Assembly: GCA_951406725.2 (NCBI GenBank)
Contig: OX597834.1
Span: forward strand, 19,034,001-19,098,000
DNA from: Octopus vulgaris
Taxonomy: Eukaryota
Reading direction: 5' to 3'
Length of the DNA stretch: 64,000 bases
The position numbers and the translations under genes were made by a program. Positions 53,498 through 64,000 of this stretch are shown piece by piece (the stretch's first letter is position 1; every line of letters begins with the position of its first letter). The notes beneath the pieces were generated by a model that saw only the letters and a program-made list of their open reading frames with translations, was not told the origin of the DNA and ran no database searches.

Positions 53498-53941
53498 GTG
53501 TGGCCTCTCCACCATATCACTGGCCCAATCTTTTCTCCACTTGATGTTGGCTGGTCGAAGAAGTGGCTTCCTTCTTGCTGCACTGCCATAATAACCAAGT
53601 TTGTGGAGATACGTGACAGCTGTTCTAGGACTGACATCAACTTGTTCTGCTAGGTCAGAGGCCTTGCAATGAGGATTATCCTCCACACTTCTCTTAGCAA
53701 AGAGAAAGGTCCTGTCAGAAGGCCCTGCTTGATCTGGGTGAGGTGAAGTGGACACATTCCCTTCTCTGGTGAATTGCACAAACTCTCTATTAACTTTAGA
53801 GAGTGGGATCCCAAGGTTTTCTGTGATTTTATGCTATGTCGACCATCAGAACGACCCACAATACAGCCTCTTTGAAATTCAAACAGTTCCAAGGCTTCTT
53901 TTGTACAATGTTTTATGGGGTGTCTATTTTCTTCTGTTGTG
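53498..53941 (-). pseudogene. Tc1/mariner transposase N-terminal relic (frameshifted, truncated)
   Basis: ELFEFQRGCIVG / KITENLGIPLSKVNR (HTH) ... VSPRTAVTYLHKLGYYGSAARRKPLLRPANIKWRKDWA; putative TIR near 53915-53941. Confidence 0.88.
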
Positions 53942-53960
53942 TGTATGTATATATATGTGT

Positions 53961-53991
<31 letters not shown>

Positions 53992-54469
53992 CGTATGTGT
54001 GCATATATGTACACAACATACACACACACATGCACACATATACACACACACATATATATATATGTATATACACACACACACACACACGTATGTATATATG
54101 TGAATGCATAGAATATAATATATATATGATTCTCTGATGTCCCATCTGTTTTTATCTATTATATATAAATATTTTCTCCCCTATTACACCGTTTTCTTTA
54201 CTGTTTCCCTTCCCTTTGAATTTTTGTTTCACACCTTCCTCTCACCTACACCACATTGACATCTTGCAAACTCCACTCACCCCTGACCAACCACGTCACC
54301 TCCAAACCACTCACACACCTCCTTCCTATGCTCATCTCCTATACAAGAAAACAACACCCTTGCCTGTTCCTCTCTTTTTAGCTCCTCCCTCTAGAACTGC
54401 ATTCCCACCTGGCCCCTAAAGATCTTTCTTATTCTTCTTGCCTCTTTTTCACCATCTTTCCTGATGAAC

Positions 54470-54474
<5 letters not shown>

Positions 54475-54512
<38 letters not shown>

Positions 54513-55460
54513 GGATTGATAGATCCATAGATGGATAGATATGTGTGCGTGTGTGTGTCCTAAACAGACAGTCAGTATACAGATGTATAGGTATTTACTT
54601 CACCTGACCATGTAGATAATTATTTGTGTATGTTGAAATGTGTTCATGTATTTTTCATTGTGCGTATACACGTGCATACACACACACACACATATACAGA
54701 TGATTGGTGGATAGTTATGTGTGTGCGTGTGTGTCCTAAGAATACAGTCACTATATACAAGATGTATAGATATTACTCTTACTCTTTACTCTCTATTACT
54801 TGTTTCAGTCATTTGACTGTGGCCATGCTGGAGCACTGCCTTTAGTCGAGCAAATCGACCCCGGGACTTATTCTTTGTAAGCCCAGTACTTATTCTATCG
54901 GTCTCTTTTGCCGAACCGCTAAGTGACGGGGATGTAAACACACCAGCATCGGTTGTCAAGCAGTGCTAGGGGGACAAACACAGACACACAAACACATACA
55001 CACACACATACATATATACATATATACATATATATGACAGGCTTCTTTCAGTTTCCGTCTACCAAATCCACTCACAAAGCATTGGTCGGCCCTGAGCTAT
55101 AGCAGAAGACACTTGCCCAAGATGCCACGCAGTGGGACTGAACCCGGAACCATGTGGTTGGTAAGCAAGCTACTTACCACACAGCCACTCCTGCGCCTAT
55201 TCCCTTCACCTGTATAAGAAGATAATTATTTGTGTATGTTGAAGTGTTCAGGTATCTCTCATTGTGCATACTCTCTCTCTCTCTCTCACATACACACACA
55301 CATAAATAGATGGATAGATATATGTGTGTCCCCTAAACATGCAGCCATTATATACAAGATGCATAGGGTTTCCCTCTTCCTGTATATGAAGGGTTATTTG
55401 CATATTGAAATGTGTTCATGTAGTGATCATTGCACACACACACACACACACACACACATT
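54475..55460. repeat. Degenerate ~175-bp tandem repeat interrupted by a SINE
   Basis: GATAATTATTTGTGTATGTTGAA at 54615 and 55221, variant at about 55393. Confidence 0.7.
54775..55197 (-). mobile_element. Family A SINE, full length, young
   Basis: Near-identical to 15151-15550. Confidence 0.93.
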
Positions 55461-55481
55461 ATCTACTCTGGTGTATGTATA

Positions 55482-55867
55482 TTACTCTTTTACTCTTTTC
55501 AGTCATTTGACTGCGGCCATGCTGGAGCACCGCCTTTAGTCGAGCAAATCGACCCCAGGACTTATTCTTTGTAAGCCTAGTACTTATTCTATCGGTCTCT
55601 TTTTGCTGAACCACTAAGTGACGGGACATAAACACACCAGCATCGGTTGTCAAGCAGTGCTAGGGGGACAAACACAGACACACAAACATACACACACACA
55701 CATATATACGACGGGCTTCTTTCAGTTTCCGTCTACCAAATCCACTTACAAGGCTTTGGTCAGCCCGAGGCTATAGTGGGAGACACTTGCCCAAGAGGCC
55801 ACGCAGTGGGACTGAACCTGGAACCATGTGGTTGGTAAGCAAACTACCTACCGCACGGCCACTCCTA
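55482..55867 (-). mobile_element. Family A SINE
   Basis: Collinear with other copies. Confidence 0.9.
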
Positions 55868-58330
55868 TGGAATAAAATTTAATTAGACATCACAATAGGA
55901 TTAGTTGCTACATAAACTAATTCTTAACATTTTTTCTTTTCTTTTTTGAGTAGCTAGCCCGCATTGCTGAAGAACATGAGTATCTGGGGATAGATATTTG
56001 CATGAAATACTAAAGTAATATGTTATTGAGATTGGCACCATCTTATGAAGCCCATAATCAGAGCTGGAATTTTAATCTAGTGGCAAAGCAGGCTGAGACT
56101 TTTGGGAACTTTTATATAAGTTTGAATCCATGAGTGACTTACCCAGTATCCCATTATTCCAAAAATACAGTACCTACTTTAGCAAGATGGACTAGGTCAT
56201 CTTAAAGTTAAGAGTCATGGATAAATACACAACTTAGTAATATTGATAAGAGAACAAATTACTTTTCCACCAGTTGTCCAAGCAATGTTCTCACAGCCAC
56301 AGTTTTATATGTCCAGATAGCATCATATTGATATGCTATACATTTAATTATACATCAACTATACATCAAAGTGTATATAATTACATATCAATTTTATGGT
56401 ATGTTTGTATGATATTATAGACTATAATTCTTCATGTTGTTATCACTTTGATGGAACAGCATGGAATAAACATTGTTGTAAGTTGTATGGTATTTGGGTG
56501 ATTTATGCATTATAGCCTAAGTTATATATAATTTGAATTTCAAAGATATGTTTACCTGCATTCTTTAATCTTCCCTCTTTATAACATTGCTTAGTATCAG
56601 CCCCATACCTTATATACATATATGATTACAGAAATTATATGCATACATTAAAATGTTTATTGATTTATACAGAGAATTTGTCATTAATTTTCTTTGATGA
56701 ATGCTATTGATTTCTTGATTGAAAATTATAATATTGCTAAATTGCTGTATCATTGAAGAGTGCTACATGGCAAGGCAAAGATGATACATTTGCACCCCGC
56801 TCCATATTATGCCAGCCACTGTACCCCATCCTCAGACCCAGTTCCTATTCTTCCGTTGAATCATCGATGCAAACAGAGTCTGAGACTTGCCGGAGGCAAG
56901 GGAAATTACGCTGACATAGTGAGAAGTTTGATAACTAGATAGCTGCTCATCAACATGTTTGATTCTGAATTAGTTCTTAATCGCTTCATACATCAGATAT
57001 CAATTGCTTTTTAACAAACCAATTTTCTGTCTTGATATAGGGTCACGAACCCAACAAAATAGCAGCTACATTGAAACCCTTATGACTTTCAGCAGTCCAT
57101 CTCCCCTTTGAAGTAAGTGAATTAAGATGGAACCATGCTAGCAGAAATTTCAGTTAGAAGTGATTGCAGTCTGTGTAAACCCTTAAAGATATCTTCATTT
57201 AGGGTCTGATTGGTTTTAAAGGAAGTAAAATGGGTTTCTTTTTCATATCTTATTTTGTGGGTTTGCCCTGCCCTCCTCTCTCTGTAACAAATCTAAGATG
57301 ACTCATCCCAGTTCTGTGTCTTTCTTAATCTCTCTTTTCTCCGCAAACCCTTATTTTTATTTTCATTAGACGTAATTCATTTTATTCTGTAAGGAAACTA
57401 ACTGTAAAACTTTTCTTTTCACCCTGGAGTGAATCATAAAAGTGGAAACTACTGGATGATTAGATCTGTCCTGCTAGATCTTGGATTCCTTCCCTCACAC
57501 TCCTCTCTTTATCAAGTTTGCTGAGGCACAGACAGACTATATTGACAAAGAAAGAAAACAGAAACCCACACCAGACCTCACCAAACCTGACTTCTGATAC
57601 CGATCTTTTATAATATACACGCTACATACGAAGGCTGGTGCTCTGCAATGTTGTCCTGTCATGCATATTTTCCTGGATATGGTAGCTATTTTTGCTTTCT
57701 CCTCTACCTTTTATTTTCTCAATAGAAGACAATAATATTGTGTAGCGTAGTGTTATCTGCACCTTCTGACTAAGAAACTAGGCTTCTTATCAATAGAGTC
57801 TGTAATTTTGAGTTGTAATAAAAATAGGTAAATAAAGATGTGTATCTGTTAGAGTTCCGATCATTGCTGAGTCATACTTTGACATATCTCATCCAAGTGA
57901 CTGACAGACTGATCAGCTATCAATGGATAAAGAATGCAAGAATAGTTCAGTCCAGTGTTTCTCATAGTGTGGTGGGGAGGGTAGTGGTGGGATTATGAGG
58001 ATCAGATAAATGAACAGAAAAATTGCTATGTTTAATGAAATTATGATGGTTTCAAATATCTTAAACTCATCCAACATTGTAACAAATAAAGAAGAATTAC
58101 ACTGAAGCAAAATCTATTTTGAATTCTCATAAATAAAGCAGGAAGGACTAAGATTTTCTAAAATTTTGGGGTGGGGAAAGAGGGGACTGGTAATTTGTTT
58201 GAGAAACACTTGTTTAGTCTGTTAGTCATTAAAGTTTAGTCAAAGAGGGATCCAGTTTCAATTCAGAATGCAAAACTATAAATTAAACTTCTTATTTTCT
58301 CTTCAGTTTTTTTAAAAAACTTGTATAAGT

Positions 58331-58549
58331 TGGCCATAGACACACTTTCTGTGCCCTATCAGTGTTTGCAAAGGGAAGGATACACACGGCCTCGAGTTTC
58401 TGGGTATTGACCCGTCATCGGCGTGTGACAATCACGCCAAATGGGTCAATACCCAGAAACTCAAGTCCGTGTGTATCATAAGTTGAAGATGGGAAGGATG
58501 GCTTCCCTTTGCAAACACTGATAGGGCACAGAAAGTGTGTCTATGGCCA
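58331..58549. repeat. Nested inverted repeat (48-bp perfect outer stem, 37-bp inner stem, 24-nt one-sided bulge)
   Basis: 58331-58378 pairs with 58502-58549; 58379-58415 pairs with 58441-58477 (3 mismatches); GGCGTG/CACGCC in the loop. Confidence 0.96.
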
Positions 58550-59382
58550 GCTGGAGGAGATGTCCTCCTGAGGCTACAAACTACAGTAGCATCCACCCTT
58601 AGGGGTTAGCCATATTTAAATGGCAAATATACGTCACGATGTGTTGTAGCTACTGTTTATAACTCGCTCTGAGATTTATCATTGCTGGTATAAGTTATTT
58701 TTCTTATTCCCTGTTTCCTTTCATTTGTGTCTTGGACATCCTAAATTCTTTAAATGAAACATTTTTTTGAGCATATCGTCAACATTTCAGTTTAACTTAT
58801 TGTCAAAGTATTTAAATAAAATAAAAAGATTACATCTCAAGTTTCAGTTTTAGAAGAAAACTTTTGGCAACAAAAATCCTACATTGTAGGAGAGAAGGAT
58901 ACTCGATTAAATCAAGACCGTTCACTATATTATTGATATAATTTTATTGATCCTTAAAAGATCCTAACGGTCATTTATTCCTTCTTGGGTTTGAACACTA
59001 TAACTATATATTGCAAGGCGTTTGATTCAATACACATTTGTTTCTTAGATCAATAACAGCAATTGCTGACAATAACATACAATAATGGATATACAAAAGT
59101 GTCGCATGGGCTAAATGGCCTTTTTTGTTCCCCAGAGATCCCTTGATCAGCATCAGTTTTTATGGGGTCAAATTGATGACTGATAAATATTTCTTTGGAT
59201 AAGATGCAGGTATATCACAGATAATATTACCAGCTGATTTGATTTCCATTCCTGACAATTGGATGAACAGAGTAGAACAAAGGATTCTGTTCAAATACAA
59301 ACACAGGCTTGGCTGTGAGGTCAAAAAGTTCTAAATTCCAATTCACTATACAGCTACTTGAGGGAGCAACTATCTTCTACTG

Positions 59383-60284
59383 CAATGGTTCTCAACTGGG
59401 GTCCACATGACCCTTCGGGTTCCATATTAGATTTTGCTGTTAAAGTTTATGTGCAATAAACTGGTTAATCTTTCTACAATACACAATATTTTAGCAATTT
59501 TTTTTAATACACATCCTAATAATATTTAATAATCCTTTCTACTATAGGCACAGAGCTTGAAATTTAAGGGGAGGAGATAAGTCGATTACATCGACCCCAG
59601 TGTGTAACAGGTACTTATTTCATCAACCCCGAAAGGATAAACGGAAAAAATTGACCTCGGCAGAATTTGTGAAGACAGACGAAATGCTGCCAAGCATATT
59701 GCCTGGCATGCTAAATATTCGGATCTTTTCGGTTTGAATGGCAGTTTTTAACATAATTTCTAGGTAACTAAAAAATGTTTAACTTTGTATACTGGTAGAG
59801 TGTGTTTATAAAACATCTTTTTCTCTTGGCTTTATTGAGAAAATGCTATAGTTTGTAAGATATTTGCTGTTTTTTTCTTCAATTTCTGCAATTTCAATCA
59901 ATCGATGATGTGTATTGAGTTAAAAAGCATTCTGTGCCGTATGAATATGTCCCTCGTTTAAGAAACAGATTGGGTTTATTTACATTTGTGAAGAAAAAAA
60001 AGATACCCTTCCCCCCACCCCTAACCCTAAAACAGATTGAAATGCAATAGATCGATATTAGGGTCATAATTATGGGTGACAATTTCATATGACACTGCTA
60101 AAAAAAACTGCTGTTCAAACCGAAAAGATCCAAATATTCTGCCAGCTCACTGCCTTATGAATAATATTTAATAATAAAAATATAATAGGATATTTTTAAG
60201 CATTGAATGTCTATAAGGGTCCACCATCACACTAAAAAAAGGGATCAAAGGGGTCTATAGGCAAAAATTGGTTGCGACTACCTA
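59383..60284. mobile_element. hAT MITE carrying two nested insertions
   Basis: 8-bp TSD TTCTACTG at 59375-59382 and 60285-60292. Confidence 0.82.
59721..60131. mobile_element. Non-autonomous DNA transposon with GG termini (Merlin-like, tentative)
   Basis: TIRs GGATCTTTTCGGTTTGAA / TTCAAACCGAAAAGATCC; 8-bp TSD AAATATTC; internal CCCTAACCCTAA. Confidence 0.85.
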
Positions 60285-61007
60285 TTCTACTGTAACTTCT
60301 AGCTGATCATTACTTTATGACTGAGATTTGGTGGACAGAAACGTGTATGTGTGCTTGAGTGTATGTATGCGTGTCTGTTTTACATTTAAGCTGGTTTCAA
60401 CTGGTATTGTGCTTATGTTGTTTCCTTTTAGTGTCCTGTAACTCAGCAGGTTCAATAACCAGAGATCAATAAAATGAATGGGTGAAATACCGCTACATAA
60501 TTCGTCAAACTTGCTAACGATTCTGCCAGCTTGCAGCCTTAATAATAATGATATTAATAATAATAATAATAAATGCCCTAATGCAATACTAGGCAGTGGC
60601 TTTTTAGGATAGACTAAACCCTTGCAGGTAATACTCCAGTATGGCCACTCTCCAATGACAGAAACAGGTACAAGAATATAAGGATAAAAGAGAACCAAGG
60701 ACCAGTTGCTGGATTCTGTGAAGTGAGTATGACAAGGAAGAGAAAGTTCTGTACTGTTATCAGCCTGGGGTTACCTGTGCATTTGATGTGATTAGAAAGA
60801 AATGCAAAACCTTCATAACTTCGTATAATTTACAATTAGATTATAATTAACAGCAATAGCAATTAACATTAAAAATACCAATTGCTTCAAAATGGAACAG
60901 TGACAGCAATGAAAAAGCCATGGTTGCTGCTGTTATTACAACAATAATAACAATCCTTTTTACCATTCCATCAGTTCTGCCTTTGCAATAATATTAATAA
61001 TAATGAT

Positions 61008-61222
61008 AAGGTGGCAAACTGGCAGAGTAATTAGTACACCAGGCAAAATGCTGCATGGCTGTTTGTCTGTCTTTACATTTTGAGTTCAAATTCTGCTGGA
61101 TTGACTTTGCCTTTTATCTTATAGGGGTTGATAAAATAAGTACCAGTTGAACACTGGGGTTGATGTAATCGATTTACCCACTCACCTGAAATTATTGGTC
61201 TTGTGTCAAAATTTGAAACCAA
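61008..61222 (+). mobile_element. Family B SINE
   Basis: Head plus Meta-like domain. Confidence 0.82.
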
Positions 61223-61228
61223 TATTAA

Positions 61229-61450
61229 CCCTTTTGATACCAACCTGGCTGAAACTGCCTCTGGCTCTGTAGTACAAATGTCTTGTTTTCATAAGTTTTG
61301 AATTAAAATCGCCCACCAAACATTAGTCACAATTTATGTTCCTAACACCAGCTTAATGATAACTAAGTTATTTTACTAAATTCTTTGTTACATTCAAAAT
61401 TAATTGAAAGAAATACAAAGCATCTCAAAATAAATACAGTAATGAAAGGG
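61229..61450. mobile_element. piggyBac-type MITE, second copy
   Basis: TTAA-CCC ... GGG-TTAA; collinear with 47614-47833. Confidence 0.9.
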
Positions 61451-62489
61451 TTAATAATACTTTCTGCTTTAGGTGCAGAGTCAGAAGGTTTGCGGGGAAG
61501 GTCATTAGTTGATGCGGTCAACCCCAGTAGATGACTGGTGCTTTATTGTATCAATCCCAGAGGGATGAAAATAAAATTTGATCTCAGTGGAATTTGAACT
61601 CTAAACATAAAGGGTCAGAAGAAAGAGCACAAGGCAGAGTATTCAGTGTTCTTACAATTCAGTCATTCCATCACAATGACAGTGACAATAGCCATATTAA
61701 CGATGTCAAGAATATTAATAATAAAAATAATTGCCAACTCAGTGGATTATACACTTTATTTATATTTGTTTTGTTTGGGGAATCTGAAAGATAATGTAAA
61801 AGCTTGTAGGTTAAACATAGATAGACTTGAAGGAGAGGTGTAAGCAATTTCAAAAGTGGGTAAATGAATATCAAATAAGAAGAAAAGAAATTACAATAGA
61901 AAACGTATCTTCATCTATTATTGAAGAAATAAGCAAGACACTTAGTTTTATCAATTAGTTGGCAGGAAGGCAATTATATTTTGGAAAGAAAAACAACAAA
62001 AAACAAACTATGAATCAGTTATTTGTATATTATTAATAATTTTTTGAAGAAAGAATGAAAGATGTAATTGAGGTTTATTATGAAAAGATATTTCAAGAAT
62101 GTAATTAAAAAAGATTTTGTTGTCAAACTCTAATTACAAACCCTTCAGATATTGTTAGGAGGTAGAATGAGTAGAATAAGCATTACATCCAAAATATGAA
62201 TATATTGTATTATAAGCTTCAGTCATACAATATGGGTTCTGCTGGAGATATTTGATATTTGTGTGTTTTAAGTGAAGAGAAATAGCCAAAGGAAGAAAGA
62301 TGTGTGCAATTTTCTAGTAATATTCTTTCATCAAAATAACAAAAATAGTTTGAACACCTCTACCAAAAACAACTTCAGAAACAATTAAAGAAACACTGTA
62401 TCATTGAGATAGAGTGATAAAATAAGCAGAATCACAAGATTTTAATATAATGAGACTACATTGTTTAATATATACTTCTTTTTAAATAC

Positions 62490-62867
62490 AACAAGAGCAC
62501 TCAGAGGATACAAACCTCCACCAGGGCAACACCAGCATCCTCTCAACGATTAGCCAGAGATGTTTTTTTTTAAATGAGAATATCTGTAATAAACTCGACT
62601 ATTCCTCACAAACGAGAATACTAAAAATGAACCCGACCTCTATAAAAAATTAAGTAAAACAGCAGGAAAAATAATCCAGAATCCTTGTCTGGTACCGGAT
62701 CGATCTGAAAATCTAATAAGGTGGTGCTAGTCATGAGGCCAAACATCCCTGAAAGTTTCATTCGAATTCATCCAGCGGTTCTTGAGATATCTTGTCCACA
62801 GATAGACAAACAAACAAACAAACATAATTGAACACAATACCCCCGCCTTTGCTAAGGGGGAGGTAAC
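62490..62867. mobile_element. DINE-1/Helentron-like non-autonomous element
   Basis: AACAAG start, subterminal ACCTCCACC inverted against terminal GGGGGAGGT, AAAGTTTCAT...GAGATATC core, (CAAA)n microsatellite, terminal stem-loop. Confidence 0.6.
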
Positions 62868-63261
62868 TAGGTGCAATCTGAAGGAGATTTGGTTTTTTTC
62901 ATTTCTAGTAGGTAAAGCAACTATAGAGAGCTTCCTTATCGGCTTGTATTATTGTAAATATTATGGACTATAATAGCTTTATGCTCTGAGTTCAAATTCT
63001 ACCATGGTTATCTTTGCCTCTTATCCCTTTGGGGGTTGATAAAATAAGTACCAGTTGAGAACTGGGGTTGAGGTAATTGACTTACCTCCTCCCCCGAACC
63101 TGCTGGTCTTGAGCCAAAATTTGAAACCAAAATAGACAAGTACTAAGGTATAAAAGTGGGTTCTTAGTGAGGTGAGTTGTGGCCTAGTATTGGTATCTTG
63201 TAACCATTTCATTTTGATTTTATTGTCAGTGCAAGTGATAAAGTGTTGTTACTTTCCTTTT

Positions 63262-63630
63262 TAGGCTTGGCTGTGTAGTAGTAAGTTCGCTTCCTAACCA
63301 CATGGTTTTAGGTTCAGTTCCACTGTATGGCACCTTGGGAAAGTGTCTTCTGATATAGTCTAGGGCTGACCAAAGCTTTGTAAATGGATTTGGCAGGCAG
63401 AAACTGAAAGAAGCCTGTTACACACAAACACACACACACATATATATGTGTGTGTGTGTTTGTGTGTGAGTCTTTGTGTTTGTCCTCCACTACCGCTTGA
63501 GAGCTGGTATTGGTGTGTTTATGTCCCTGCAACTTAGCAGTTTGGCAAAAGAGGCCCAATAGAATAAATACCAAGCTTTAAAAACAGGAAGAAATAAGTC
63601 CTGGGGCCACAGTCTAGTATCTGAAACAGG
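63262..63630 (+). mobile_element. Family A SINE, diverged
   Basis: Collinear with other copies. Confidence 0.82.
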
Positions 63631-63709
63631 TAATGGCTAATTGTTTATGTCCACTCAGAGAAAGCAAAAGACGAAGTTCTCCTACGTAGATTTCCAATTC
63701 ATGTTTTGA

Positions 63710-64000
63710 TATTCTTTTATTCTTTCACTTGTTTCAGTCATTTGACTGTGGCCATGCTGGAGTACCGCCTTCAGTCGAACAAATCAAACCCATGACTTAT
63801 TCTTTGTAAGCCTAGAACTGATTCTATCAGTCTCTTTTGCTGGACCAGTAAATTGCAGGGATGTAAATACACCAAAATCGGTTGTCATGTGATGAGCTAC
63901 AAACATAGACACACAAACACACACATACATACATATGATGGGCTTCTTTCAGTTTCCATCTACCAAATCCACTCACAAGGCTTTGGTCGGCCTGAGGTCA
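63710..64000 (-). mobile_element. Family A SINE running off the window end
   Basis: Collinear with other copies. Confidence 0.87.

Noticed and set aside
58518-58541. CTGATAG...GAAA as a hammerhead
   Set aside because: The core is not CUGANGA and there is no stem II
60018-60029. Interstitial telomere
   Set aside because: Only two CCCTAA units, internal to a MITE

Overview
AT-rich eukaryotic DNA dominated by repeats, most likely intronic or intergenic. The SINE families and the very high load of (TA)n/(CA)n/(TAA)n repeats match what I recognise as octopus (coleoid cephalopod) genomic DNA; this is recognition, not a database result. No intact host gene is identifiable, and almost all supplied ORFs are microsatellite or SINE translations. 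Supported content: dozens of tRNA-derived SINE copies from at least four families; 3' fragments of an RTE/BovB-like LINE and an R4/Dong-like RLE element; a Tc1 transposase relic; hAT, piggyBac, Tigger and mariner MITEs, several nested and with intact TSDs; and a DINE/Helentron-like element. The most interesting signals are (1) short non-coding cassettes embedded in (TA)n tracts, some carrying hammerhead-ribozyme cores (30466-30518 minus; 52789-52825 plus), consistent with Penelope-like or retrozyme-like relics; (2) three long, near-perfect fold-back hairpins (14072-14226, 34657-34822, 58331-58549); and (3) weak candidate exons and microexons, one beside a dense YCAY cluster.
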